A DNA stretch of 64,000 nucleotides from an uncultured Trueperaceae bacterium (GCA_963799485.1 CAWCXJ010000013.1:421832-485831), one strand, 5' to 3'; counted from the first letter of the stretch, positions 21,176-30,981 are shown. Notes: a model not told the origin generated them from the letters alone. Translations and numbers: made by a program.

Positions 21176-21822
21176 GACTACAGGTGCAGCAAGATGAAGT
21201 GTTGACCAAACAGATTCAAACCATCTACCAGCAGAACCGACGAGTCTACGGAGTGCCCCGTGTCCACGCTGAATTACACGCTCAAGAGATACGGTGTAGC
21301 CGCAAACGCGTCGCCCGGCTCATGCGCTCGGCAGAGCTTAAAGGCAAAGTCAAAGGAGACAAAAAACCCAAACGGTCTCCGCCATCTACGTCTGCTACCA
21401 ATCTTCTGAGAACTCACGAAGTCGTGACGAAACCCGACCAGGTTTGGGTTTCTGACATCACCTATTTGCGTACGGGTGAGGGCTGGGAACTAGGCTCACC
21501 AGGTGCGCGGAGGCACTCCCTGTCACGAGTGACGAGTGCTGCGCAGCAACGGTCGCCGGCCGCAGGGTGCCCGTTCGAGCTTTATCTGGCAGTCGTTATC
21601 GACGCTTACTCTCGCAAGGTTATTGGCTGGGCCATACGGGAGCATCTTACCGCTACGTTGACGCTGGCTGCTTTCGAGGTGGCCTATCGACACAGACGTC
21701 CCCGACCGGGCTTGATCTGTCACTCGGACCGTGGGTCTCAGTACACCTGTGCAGTTTTCCAGCACTGCCTGAAAACATCTCGGGCACGGTTCAGCACGGC
21801 CCGTAGCTGTTACGAAAACGCT
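21176..21822 (+). mobile_element. IS3-family orfB (integrase-like) remnant carrying a 93-bp insertion
   Basis: YGVPRVHAEL, RKRVARLMR, WVSDITYL..LYLAVVIDAYSRKVIGW, HSDRGSQY; truncated by the following mini-IS. Confidence 0.85.
21487..21579. repeat. 93-bp nested hairpin element; core repeated at about 26559-26627
   Basis: Interrupts the conserved GEGW|LYLA motif in frame; the core GCGGAGGCACTCCCTGTCACGAGTGACGAGTGCTGCGCAGCAACGGTCGCCGGCC is shared with the second copy. Confidence 0.9.
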
Positions 21823-21824
21823 CT

Positions 21825-22090
21825 AGGGTCTGTCTGACTAAACTTCATAGCCATAGCATGATGGAAGCGACAAGCACACCAGCGCGGTAGTTTCTACCCC
21901 GCTTGTCATGGCGGGTAGCCACAGCACGAAAGTCTTTAAGCCGGTTGATGCAGCGTTCAACAACGTTGCGACCCCGTTGGGGGTTGGTGGCTAAATGTGG
22001 CTTTAGCGTTTGCCACTGCTGCTCTTTCAGGTCTGTCCGTGCCATACCTTTACCCTAAACCGTCTTCATCCCTTCTGTCAGACAGACCCT
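21825..22090 (-). mobile_element. Internally deleted IS5-family (IS427-group-like) mini element
   Basis: Perfect IR AGGGTCTGTCTGAC/GTCAGACAGACCCT with CTAG at both ends. The 66-aa ORF fuses a transposase N-terminus (MARTDL..QW..L) to a C-terminus (RNVVERCINRLKDFRAVATR). Confidence 0.85.
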
Positions 22091-22100
22091 AGATGAGATG

Positions 22101-23640
22101 TGGTCTTGTGCAAGACAGGCGTCAGTTTATGCACGTTCTCGCACGCTTCGGAGCGCGCTAGGTTAAAGTGTGCGCCCAGCACGTCGAACGTCGGATAGTT
22201 CTTGAAGGAGTAGTAGGTTGTCAACAAAGGTTTACAGGATAAAGCCGAGCCAACTTGATGCGGGCATCAGCGGTGGTGAACTGCCAGTTCACTTTGGTGC
22301 CCAGCAAGTTGCGTTCGAATGTCCAAGCACCTACTTCTTGCGTAAGCCGGGTTAAGTCGGCGCTGCGCCTGTCTAGACACTGCTTGCTGAGCGCCGCAAA
22401 TTCGATTTCAACGGCGTTTAGCCAACTGCCATGCTCAGGCGTGTGGTGCAACTCGAGCTTGGCGGCAAGCCGATGTGCCTCCTTGGGTTCAAAGGCTTCA
22501 TAGAGTGACGCCTTTGAATGGGTGTTGAGCTGATCGAGGACGACGATAATCCGCTCTGCTTCAGGAAAGAACTCGTCTACAAGCCGCTTCATGCAGGCGG
22601 CGAACGCCAGCTTCGTTCGCCTTTGCGTCACCATCATCTCGCGCCAGCCCAATAGCGGTGCAAACAGCCCAAATACGTTGGCCGTGCCGTTTCTGACATA
22701 CTCGAAATCGAAACGGGCAAGCTGTCCAGGTTTAGCGGGGACAACCTCACGTTTGTCCCCAATGAGGTAACACGGACGTTCGTCAACGCAGACCACCGGA
22801 AACTTCGGGTCAAGCGGTCGCTCGTATACATCCAAGACATCTTCCATGTGAGCGACAAAACGGGCACTCGCCTCCGGAGGGATGCACCACTGTTCCTTTA
22901 AGTGAGGGGACAACTCGTTTTTTTGAGCGTCTGACGCACCGCTTCATGTGAGATAGTGCTGACCACCTCGAGTTCCACAAGCTTATCTGCGAGCATTCGC
23001 AACGTCCATCCTGCGTGTCCGGCGGGCGCTTCACTACAGGCGAGCGCAATCAGTCTAGCCTCGCCACGTCCGTCAAGTTTACGGGGCTTGAACCTCACCG
23101 CTTGAGCGTAGCCAAGGGCTGCTTGTAGTCCCTGTTCGGCAAACAGCCGTTTCGTGCGCCACACGGTTGTGCTGGCTATGCCCAGCACCTTGGCAATCTC
23201 TGTATCGCTAAGGTGTTCACCGTTGGTGTCGGCAAGTAGCAAGATACGCGCCCGGTCAATCTTCCGAACACGGGCGCTGCCTTTACGTGTCAACGTTTGA
23301 AGCTGTTCTCGTTCTTCTTCGCTCAGGCTGATCTCTCGTCTTCGCATTCTCTAGCTTACTCTGTAAACCTTTGTTGACAGCCTAATAGTAGTAAAGCAAA
23401 AATAGTAGCTTCGCCTCAGCACTCGGCAGCTTCCCTTTCCGTCCTGCGCCTGGTCTTCGCTGTTTGCCTCCCGGCTCGTGCACTTGCGCCTTCTCGGTTT
23501 CGTACGTCTCAGCAAACCCCTCCGTTAGCGCAGTGAACTTCTCCTGTGTAAGTCCTGTCAGCGCGCTGAGCCGTTCATCTCGTATCTTCGCCAGCATCTT
23601 CTCAGTCTGGCAGCTTCGCAGACTATTGGGGAACGACTCT
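22101..23640 (-). mobile_element. IS5-family (HTH_Tnp_4/ISL2-like) transposase remnant interrupted by IS630
   Basis: LSALTGLT..GRKGKLPSAEAKLLFLLY (23382-23597) continues beyond the IS630 as FKNYPTFDVLGAHFNLARSEACENVHKL (about 22205-22110). Confidence 0.75.
22213..23385 (-). mobile_element. IS630-family element, apparently complete (orfs 22898-23347 and 22221-22913, -1 frameshift)
   Basis: 24-bp IR TAGG(T/C)TGTCAACAAAGGTTTACAG; TA duplicated at 22211 and 23386; A7 run at 22918-22924; DDE motifs VDERP, LDQLNTH, WLNAVE. Confidence 0.95.
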
Positions 23641-23679
23641 AGTCACTTATTCGACGCTATTTCGCAGATGATTTAGGTA

Positions 23680-24225
23680 GGTTCGACGCTGGTTGAAGCC
23701 AAGCGCCTTGAAGCGGTGGTGGCAGACCGTGAGTTCACCGGCAAGCGCTGAGGGACTTAAGGCGCGTCAGCTCGTTACGCTGCCGGGTTTTTGGGTTACG
23801 CTTAGGTGTCGCCGTGACCCAGAGTAAAAAAGGCGAACTCGTGGTACTCGTGTGTAACGCCGATCCCGACCAAGCGCTTCGACGTTACCCGGCTCGCCGG
23901 CAAATCGAATTCAGCGAAGCGCCGAGGCGAAGCCGTCCGCTTTTGTCCGCCTTGAAGTCACGGGGCTTTAACCTCGAAGACACCCACATGACCACGTCCC
24001 AACAGCCGGATAAACTTTTGGCTCTGTTGGCGATCGTGTTTGCCTGGGCACATCTTGTCGGTGAGCGGTGCTACCACGACCGGTCGTTAAAGCTTAAAGA
24101 TGGTTACCTGCCCCAAAGCTGTTTCAAACGCGGCCTCGACGCGCTTCGCTCAGCCATCCTCGCAGGTCATGCGCCCGCCCCCATCAGCCTTGACCAGTGT
24201 CTCAAACTTTTGTCCCCGTAGTGAG
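23680..24225 (+). mobile_element. IS4-family transposase 3' remnant
   Basis: ADREF fragment, QIE..LSALKSRGFNLEDTH, AWAHLVGE; ends TTTTGTCCCCGTAGTGAG. Confidence 0.75.
23910..23936 (+). repeat. 27-bp double mini-hairpin element
   Basis: TTCAGCGAAGCGCCGAGGCGAAGCCGT is the exact reverse complement of 35782-35808. Confidence 0.92.
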
Positions 24226-24311
24226 GACGTACTTAGCCACCTAAGTTAAACTTTTGTGTCCGTTTACCCCTCTCCAAGACCATTTGTGTCTTTGGCATTT
24301 TTGCCGTTACC

Positions 24312-24674
24312 CTAACGCGCTTCTAAAATCACTACTGCTGTCGCGTGGGTGCGGGCGTGGCTCATGCTTAGGTGTGCGTTCCAGCCGTTTCGTTCCATCT
24401 CGGCGGCAATATGCTCGGAGAACTTCAAAACGGGTTTGTCACCGTCGCGCACAACCCACACGTCACGCCAACCGTGCGCCACGGGCCACGTCTTTTGAAA
24501 CGCTTCTTTTGCCGCAAAACGAACGGCCAAGGACGGCAGCGGATGTGGTTTTTTCAGGCAGTACGACAGCTCATCGGGGTGAAAATGCCGCTCCAAAAAC
24601 CTGTCGCGGTGCCGGTTCCACACACCCTGAATGCGGCCTAGTTCAACAATGTCGAGTCCTACGGCGATAACCAT
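24312..24674 (-). CDS. acpS: Holo-[acyl-carrier-protein] synthase
   Basis: AVGLDIVE, RFAAKEAFQK, HLSMSH; leaderless TATACT-6 nt-ATG. Confidence 0.92.
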   Translation of the reverse strand: MVIAVGLDIVELGRIQGVWNRHRDRFLERHFHPDELSYCLKKPHPLPSLAVRFAAKEAFQKTWPVAHGWRDVWVVRDGDKPVLKFSEHIAAEMERNGWNAHLSMSHARTHATAVVILEAR

Positions 24675-24702
24675 AACGTCAGTATAAAACGGCGTTTGAA
24701 GG

Positions 24703-25386
24703 CTAGGGGTGCCCCAACCGTAAAACGCGCTCACCGTCGGCGATGTAGGCGAGGTTTGCCATCCCCAGAAACAAGCCGTGCTCGAGCACACCGGGAACCC
24801 GGCTCATGGCGGCGGCAATTTCGTTCGGGTCGAAAGGTGCACCAAAGTAGCAGTCGAGCAGCAAGTTGCCGTTGTCGCTCCGGACAGGCTTCCCGTCCCG
24901 CTCACGCAGTACCGGGCGGCAACCGAGCGCCTGCAAATCTTTTTGCGCCGCGCCGAAACCGAACTCGAGAACTTCCGTCGGGACGGGTGCCTTTTCACCC
25001 AAGTAACCCACACGTTTACTCACGTCACCGATAAGGATAAAAGTGCGTGCCCGCGCCTCGACGATTTTTTCGCGCAAAAGTGCGCCCCCGAGACCTTTGA
25101 TCACGTCGAGGTTGTCGGTCACTTCGTCCATCCCGTCAATGGCAAGGTCGACGCCTTCAGCTCCCAGTTCAACGACCGGAATGCCTCTTTCACGCGCGAG
25201 CCGCTCGGTTTCTACAGATGTTACGGCGGCACGGATATCCTTTATGTCCCCGTGTTTAAGCATCTCGCCAATCCCAAACGTCGCGTAACGGGCGGTGCTG
25301 CCAGTGCCAAGGCCCAAAGTCATCCCGGATTTAACGTGTTTAATCGCCTCTTTCGCCGCTTGTTCTTTAAGCGCCTCAGCGGACAT
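24703..25386 (-). CDS. rpiA: Ribose-5-phosphate isomerase A
   Basis: LGLGTGST, IDGMDEV, IKGLGGALLREK, SDNGN, PGVLEHGLF. Confidence 0.95.
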   Translation of the reverse strand: MSAEALKEQAAKEAIKHVKSGMTLGLGTGSTARYATFGIGEMLKHGDIKDIRAAVTSVETERLARERGIPVVELGAEGVDLAIDGMDEVTDNLDVIKGLGGALLREKIVEARARTFILIGDVSKRVGYLGEKAPVPTEVLEFGFGAAQKDLQALGCRPVLRERDGKPVRSDNGNLLLDCYFGAPFDPNEIAAAMSRVPGVLEHGLFLGMANLAYIADGERVLRLGHP

Positions 25387-25486
25387 GGGTTCCACCGATA
25401 GAGCTTGTACGCCAAGCTGATTTCATCTTTTTTGTCATGCTGTAGATTAGCAAATGTGTAATAAGCTTTTTTAGGAGGAATTCTTA

Positions 25487-25954
25487 ATGACCCTTAAAGC
25501 AGGTGATAAAGCGCCGGATTTTACGCTCGAGTCCAACCAGGGTAGCAAAAGTTTGCGTGAGCTTCATGGCGAGTGGACGGTTCTTTACTTTTACCCCAAA
25601 GACAACACACCGGGTTGCACTCAAGAAGCGTGCGATTTTCGGGACGCCATGCCGGGGATGGGCGCGCAGGTTTTAGGCGTTTCGGCGGACGACCTAGCGT
25701 CCCACGCCGACTTTGCCGAGGGTCACAACCTGTCGTTTCCGCTCCTTTCCGATCCCACGGGCGAAGTCGCCAAGCATTACGGCGCGTTCGGCAGAAAAAT
25801 GATTCCGCACACCGATAAAACCTACGAAGGTGTGCTGCGCTCGACCTTTATCATCGATCCCGACGGAAACGTCGCCGAGGCGATGTACGGCGTAGACCAT
25901 AACGGGCACGCGCAAGCGGTGAGTGAGAAGCTTGAGGAGTTGAAAAGGGCGTAG
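25487..25954 (+). CDS. bcp: Peroxiredoxin, BCP/PrxQ subfamily
   Basis: LYFYPKDNTPGCTQEACDFRD; AGGAGG SD. Confidence 0.93.
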   Translation: MTLKAGDKAPDFTLESNQGSKSLRELHGEWTVLYFYPKDNTPGCTQEACDFRDAMPGMGAQVLGVSADDLASHADFAEGHNLSFPLLSDPTGEVAKHYGAFGRKMIPHTDKTYEGVLRSTFIIDPDGNVAEAMYGVDHNGHAQAVSEKLEELKRA

Positions 25955-25960
25955 CCCTCG

Positions 25961-26123
25961 TTGGAATTAGGTAAGGTGCAGCGGACAACAAACGAAGGAG
26001 CAGAATGCTCCGAGAGGGAGTTGTCATGAACAAGAGGTCGTACGAGATGAGTTTCAAGCTCGACGCGGCAAAACCGGTTGCTGAACAAGGCTGTAGTGTG
26101 CCTGAAGCGAGTCAACGTCTTGG
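25961..26123 (+). mobile_element. IS3-family left-end/orfA remnant
   Basis: Decayed MNKRSY..EFKLDAAK.V.EQGCSVPEASQRLG, cut by the next element. Confidence 0.6.
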
Positions 26124-26481
26124 TGGTCTTGGTCCGTAACTTTGGACAGTCGAAGTATGGTCTTGGTTCATTTCCTTCAAGTCTAGTAGGGTCTGGAATC
26201 CTGCCGAGGAGAAGCTTACGTCCGAAGGTAAACGAGTTGTCAAATACCCCCTTGAGTTCAAAACGACGCAGTCAAGCTTTTAGAAGACAAGGGTTACACC
26301 GTCTCGGAGGCAGCCAATAGCCTTGGCATTCCCCAGGCTAACCTCACGCATTGGTGTAGACACTTCCTGCGGTCGCCGTGAAGGTCGTTTGCTGCCGGGA
26401 TACAAGGGCGCAACCGACGGCGGCAGAGGCTGAGATAAGGCGTTTGCAGAGCGAGGTGAAGCGACCCGAGGTGGCGATTGT

Positions 26482-26507
26482 ACGGCAAGCCTCGGCGCTA
26501 CGCTGAC
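26482..26507 (-). repeat. 26-bp variant of the double mini-hairpin element
   Basis: ACGGCAAGCCTCGGCGCTACGCTGAC inside the IS3 orfA, inverted relative to the copy at 26737. Confidence 0.8.
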
Positions 26508-26736
26508 AAAAAAGACCGCCAGCTATTTTGCGAGACACTCGACCTGAAATGCGGCTTCGCGGAGGCACTCCCTGTCACGAGTGACGAGTGCTGCGCAGCA
26601 ACGGTCGCCGGCCACAGGTTGCCGTTCTAGGCCACGCTCAAGAGAGTCGGTCTACCCAGGAAAACGCTTTGCTACTCGGGAGGCGGCTCGCACTGCCATC
26701 CTCGCACTGTCATCTTTGAGTCCACCGAGATTTACT

Positions 26737-26762
26737 TTCAGCGAAGCGCCGAGGCTTGCCGT
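26737..26762 (+). repeat. 26-bp variant of the double mini-hairpin element
   Basis: TTCAGCGAAGCGCCGAGGCTTGCCGT; its removal restores GAG ATT TAC TAC AAC CGA (EIYYNR). Confidence 0.88.
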
Positions 26763-27137
26763 ACAACCGAGAGCTACACAGCGCGCTGGGCTATCAGACC
26801 CCGGAAGTTTACGAAAGCTTGCCGCAACCACCTGGAGCTTTCGTTCCCCGGGCGGCTTAGGTTATACTTCGACTGTCCAAAGTTATAGACCAAGACCAGT
26901 CTGCTGCATGATAAAAGCCTGCTCTTCGTTCCCCCAAGTTTTTAGCGTTCTGCGCGTGAGTTGCGCCGAGGTTTCAGCTCGAGCGCAACTGCCTGTGGGC
27001 GCTAAAGGTTGGCTGCTATGGCTTTTTTTGTCCCCTGCCGCTATGATTGCGAAAGCTGCTACTATGAGAACCGTTAAGAAACGGCTGTGAACTACCGGGC
27101 AGTAGAGGAACTTACAAAAGATAGAGAGGGGTGCCTT

Positions 27138-27416
27138 ATCGAAACGCTACGTGTCTCGGGAAATTCCCGGCCCAACTCCGTTGCCGGCGCGATTGCTGCA
27201 CTTTTACGCAGCGAGCGTGAAGTCGAGGTTCAGGCCATCGGGCCGCAGGCAGTCAATCAGGCGGTCAAGGCGATTGCCATCGCCCGGAGCTATATCGAAC
27301 TAGACGGTCTGGACTTAACGGCGCAACCCTCTTTTGTGAAGCTCGAGCTGCAGTCCGAAGAGCGCACCGCTGTGCGGTTTCACGTCCGGTCGCTCGCGCT
27401 CGTTACTCAGGACTAG
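27138..27416 (+). CDS. spoVS: SpoVS-family (Alba-like) protein, probable ATC start
   Basis: ETLRVSGNSRPNSVAGAIA..QAIGPQAVNQAVKAIAIAR; GAGAGGGG lies 6 nt before the ATC. Confidence 0.9.
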   Translation: METLRVSGNSRPNSVAGAIAALLRSEREVEVQAIGPQAVNQAVKAIAIARSYIELDGLDLTAQPSFVKLELQSEERTAVRFHVRSLALVTQD

Positions 27417-27538
27417 GTACCGGAGCGAGTTTTAGAGCAAAGTTTGAGACTGATGTTTAGTATGGTCACCGTAAAACGTCTAAAAGGCCCACGGGCTCGG
27501 ATAGTGGACCCCCGTTTAGATAAATAAATCTTCATAAA

Positions 27539-27559
27539 CTTGAGCACACCACACTCAGA
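27539..27559. promoter_or_regulatory. Putative HspR operator (HAIR-like)
   Basis: CTTGAGC-N7-ACTCAGA versus consensus CTTGAGT-N7-ACTCAAG. Confidence 0.55.
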
Positions 27560-27624
27560 TTTATTGTGGTAAACTTTCCCTATTAGGTAGTGAGTTTTAA
27601 GCGACTACCTCGAGGAGGAGAATT

Positions 27625-28314
27625 ATGTTTATAGGTGGAGGTTCAGGCGTTTTAGGCTATTATCTTATCGGTATCGTTGCGTTTGCCGCGTCGATGGCTG
27701 TGAGTGGTTGGCTCCGCTCGACTTACAACCGTTGGTCGAAAGTCGCCAACTCGTCCGGCCTGACCGGAAAACAGGTCGCCGAAGCCATTTTACAAGCGAA
27801 CAACGTCACAGGTGTTCGCGTCGAAGCGGTCAAGGGACAGCTCAGCGACCACTACGACCCTCGCACTAAAGCTGTGCGTTTGTCCGAAGGCATCTACGAC
27901 AAGGCCAGCGTCGCAGGCATGGCGGTTGCGGCGCACGAAGTCGGGCACGCGATTCAGCACGCGCGGGCCTATGCGCCTTTAGCGTGGCGCAGCGCGATTG
28001 CACCTGTTGCCGGAATCGGCTCACAGTTCGGTATCATGTTGGCCGCGCTCGGTCTCTTTATTCAGGCAGGTGGGCTTTTACAAATCGGCATTATTCTCTT
28101 CTCCGCCGCCGTCCTCTTTCAGGTCGTCACGCTCCCCGTCGAGTTCGACGCGAGCCGCCGCGCGCTCGCGCAGCTCAATAAACTCGGCTTGGTGACAAAC
28201 CGCGACAGCGCCGGGGCAAGGAGCGTGTTGACCGCCGCTGCGATGACCTACGTTGCCGCTGCCGCAACCGCGATCGCCTACCTGCTCTACTTCATCTCGG
28301 CCAGCCGCAGATAA
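27625..28314 (+). CDS. Membrane zinc metallopeptidase (YugP/Zn_peptidase_2-like)
   Basis: LSDHYDP, AAHEVGHAIQH, VTLPVEFDASRRA, AAAMTYVA. Confidence 0.92.
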   Translation: MFIGGGSGVLGYYLIGIVAFAASMAVSGWLRSTYNRWSKVANSSGLTGKQVAEAILQANNVTGVRVEAVKGQLSDHYDPRTKAVRLSEGIYDKASVAGMAVAAHEVGHAIQHARAYAPLAWRSAIAPVAGIGSQFGIMLAALGLFIQAGGLLQIGIILFSAAVLFQVVTLPVEFDASRRALAQLNKLGLVTNRDSAGARSVLTAAAMTYVAAAATAIAYLLYFISASRR

Positions 28315-29546
28315 ACACTCGCGGAACCGCTTTAGAGATTTTGCGCCGTGTCCACCACGGCGCATTTTCTGCGCCGTCGCTCGCTTCAGCCTTGGCAAAA
28401 AGCAGCTTGAGCGAACAGGACAGGGGTTTTGTTGCGGCGCTCGTTTACGGCGCGTTGCGGCTCGAGCTGGCCCTTGACGCACAGCTAAAACCGTTCTTAA
28501 AACGCCCCGACAAACTTCCGGCTGAAGTCTTGGACGCGCTGCGGCTCGGCGCCTTTGAAATTCTGTACCGAGGCACGCCCAGACACGCCGCCGTAAACAC
28601 CTGGGTAGACGCCGTAAAAGTGCAGCAGCCGCGACTTGCCGGACTGGCCAACGCCGTTTTACGGCGGGTGGCGCGGCTCGAGCTTCCCGCCGCAACCGCC
28701 GCCGGACTCCCCGAATGGCTTTACGGCGAATGGGTGACGCGGTTCGGCCCGGAACGCGCCGGGGACGTCGCAGCAGGGATGAACGCGAGCGACCCGCTCT
28801 GGCTGACGGCGTATCACCCGGAGGCGATGCACGCGCTTTTGGCGGACGGCTGCGAGGTTCAGTTCGGGCCGGTCGAGAGTACGTTGCGGGTCAAGTTGGG
28901 GCGACCCTTGAGCGAGCTTACAGCTTACAAAAACGGGTGGGTGCAACCGCAAAACCCCGCGTCAACCCTGCCGGTGAGGTTACTGGGGCCCACCCCCGGA
29001 GAACGTATTTACGACCTGGCCAGCGGCGGCGGCGTCAAAGCGGCGCAACTTGCCGCCGCCGGGGCCGAGGTGACGAGCCTCGAGCTGCACCCAGGCAAGC
29101 TAGAGCGCGCCGAAACGAATCTGAAACGTTTGGGACTCTACAGCAAAAGTGTCGCCCACGACCTCCGCACCGTCCCCGGCCTGCGCCCTGCGCCCAAAGT
29201 CCTGCTCGACGCCCCGTGTAGCGGCACCGGTACCCTGCGCGGCAACCCGGAGCTGCGCGGACGTGTTACCCAAGGGGAGGTCGCCTCACTGGGGGCGCTG
29301 CAGCGCGAGTTGCTGAACACTGCCGCCGCGCTGACCGCGCCGGGCGGCGTGCTGGTCTACGCGGTGTGTGCACTGACCGAAGCCGAAGGCCCGGAACAGA
29401 CCCGCTGGTTTTTGGACACCTACTCCGACTTTGAAGCCGAGCCGTTTTTGTTCGACCTGCCCGCCGACAACGGGCCGGAAGGTTCGACAATTTTGCCGCT
29501 AGACGGACTCGACGGGTTTTACCTCGTAAGGTTTCGCCGGAGCTGA
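28311..29546 (+). CDS. rsmB: RsmB/NOP-family RNA m5C methyltransferase with NusB-like N-terminal domain
   Basis: LVYGALR, LANAVLR, LLDAPCSGTG, LVYAVC, DGFY. The frame is open back to ATA at 28311; the first canonical start is TTG 28341. Confidence 0.85.
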   Translation: MNTRGTALEILRRVHHGAFSAPSLASALAKSSLSEQDRGFVAALVYGALRLELALDAQLKPFLKRPDKLPAEVLDALRLGAFEILYRGTPRHAAVNTWVDAVKVQQPRLAGLANAVLRRVARLELPAATAAGLPEWLYGEWVTRFGPERAGDVAAGMNASDPLWLTAYHPEAMHALLADGCEVQFGPVESTLRVKLGRPLSELTAYKNGWVQPQNPASTLPVRLLGPTPGERIYDLASGGGVKAAQLAAAGAEVTSLELHPGKLERAETNLKRLGLYSKSVAHDLRTVPGLRPAPKVLLDAPCSGTGTLRGNPELRGRVTQGEVASLGALQRELLNTAAALTAPGGVLVYAVCALTEAEGPEQTRWFLDTYSDFEAEPFLFDLPADNGPEGSTILPLDGLDGFYLVRFRRS

Positions 29547-29584
29547 CACGTAATTTCGTTTTATCCAGGCGTTAAACTCGCCTT

Positions 29585-30478
29585 ATGGCACAAGACATCC
29601 TAGAGCTTGGCGAAGGCGTCTACTACTTGCCAGGAACCGTCAACATGGCGCTTGCGACAGGAACCGATAAAGAGGCCGTCATCATAGATACAGGCGGTGA
29701 CAAGGACGCCGGGAGGCGCGTAAAAAAAGCGTGCGAAGCGCTCTCGGTGACGCCGGTCGCCATCCTCAATACCCACGCCCACGCCGACCACTACGGCGGC
29801 AACGACTTTTTGGTACGCAACTTCGGCTTGCCGGTTTACGCGCCGCCCTTTGAGGCGAGCATCATCGAAAACCCGTATCTGGAACCCGTCTACCTCTTTA
29901 ACGGAGCCAAACCGCCCAAAGAGCTGCTGTCCAAATGGCTGATGGCGAAACCCGTCAAGGTCACGCATGTGCTGGGGCCGGGGAAGCTCGAGCTTTCCGG
30001 TCTCACCCTGGAGATTTACGACACCTCCGGACACGCCCACACCCACTACGCCGTAAAAATCGGCGACGTTTTGGTCGCTGCCGACACAGTGTTTGGTATG
30101 AGCGTGCTGGACAAATACCCGCTCCCGTTCGGTCAGGATATCGGGGCGCAGAGAGAGAGCGCGGCGCGGGTCGCTGCGCTGGGCTCGAGAATCGTTCTAC
30201 CCGGTCACGGCAATCCGACCGAAGCGGTTGACGTTCTGGTTGAGGAAAACCTCGAGGCGTTCGCGCGGGCTGCTAACGCTGTAGCAGCGGCGTGTACGGG
30301 TGTTGGAACTGAAGGGGTGCTTAAAACTGCGGCGGACGCGTTGGGGCTTGAAATGCAAGATTTGCCGCGTTACTACCTCAATTTGTGCGTTGTGAGCGCA
30401 TATCTGAGTTATTTGCGGGAAGCGGGACGCGTCGAACTTACGGTGCGAAACAACCAAATTGTATGGACGAGAGGTTAG
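29585..30478 (+). CDS. MBL-fold metallo-hydrolase
   Basis: IIDTG, THAHADHYGG, GH, PGHG; leaderless TAAACT-6 nt-ATG. Confidence 0.9.
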   Translation: MAQDILELGEGVYYLPGTVNMALATGTDKEAVIIDTGGDKDAGRRVKKACEALSVTPVAILNTHAHADHYGGNDFLVRNFGLPVYAPPFEASIIENPYLEPVYLFNGAKPPKELLSKWLMAKPVKVTHVLGPGKLELSGLTLEIYDTSGHAHTHYAVKIGDVLVAADTVFGMSVLDKYPLPFGQDIGAQRESAARVAALGSRIVLPGHGNPTEAVDVLVEENLEAFARAANAVAAACTGVGTEGVLKTAADALGLEMQDLPRYYLNLCVVSAYLSYLREAGRVELTVRNNQIVWTRG

Positions 30479-30744
30479 GTTTTTGTGCCCGGAGCGGTAG
30501 TAGTCGGCAAAATCACTGAGACAGGTTTTGAAACGACCACACCTGAACAGCGATAAAACTGCGGTTTTCCAAAAGCGACTGATTTCCCGAAATCCGGAAT
30601 AAAAAATGCTCTACAAATCCCCACCTAGCACAGCAGCAAAGATAGTGCGGCGCAACCGACCAAGGTGAAACCGCTAGGGGCAGTGTAGGTGTACTTACTT
30701 TGGTGGCGATGTAAAAAACGCAACTCGAGCCCACCCGGCTTCGG

Positions 30745-30981
30745 CTACAACTTCGCTAAAAGCCTGCTCTGGGCGTCACGCTCGTCGTCGCCGTAAACGA
30801 GGTGAAGGTAGTAGCCGCCCCTCGGGTCGGCGGCGCGGCGGAGTTCGCGGAGCCTGGTCTCGGCGCGGCGGTACATCGCAGCTTCGTTCAGCGGGGCACA
30901 GGGAAAGGTGTGGAGCAGCTCGAGCCCGCCCGTTTCCTCCGGAACTTTGTTACGCCAGACTTTGAAAATATAAAATGCCAT
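30745..30981 (-). CDS. Small hypothetical protein
   Basis: 78-aa ORF with host-like codon usage, divergent from polA. Confidence 0.6.
   Translation of the reverse strand: MAFYIFKVWRNKVPEETGGLELLHTFPCAPLNEAAMYRRAETRLRELRRAADPRGGYYLHLVYGDDERDAQSRLLAKL

Larger units (their letters stand above)
26124..26898 (+). mobile_element. Internally deleted IS3-family element (775 bp)
   Basis: 26-bp IR TGGTCTTGGTC(CG/TA)TAACTTTGGACAG with TG..CA ends; decayed orfA (GYTVSEAANSLGI) and orfB tail (ATLKR..YNRELHSALGYQTP). Confidence 0.88.

Noticed and set aside
26581..27090. 169-aa ORF upstream of spoVS
   Set aside because: It reads through repeat elements and decayed IS3 sequence and is not a coherent protein
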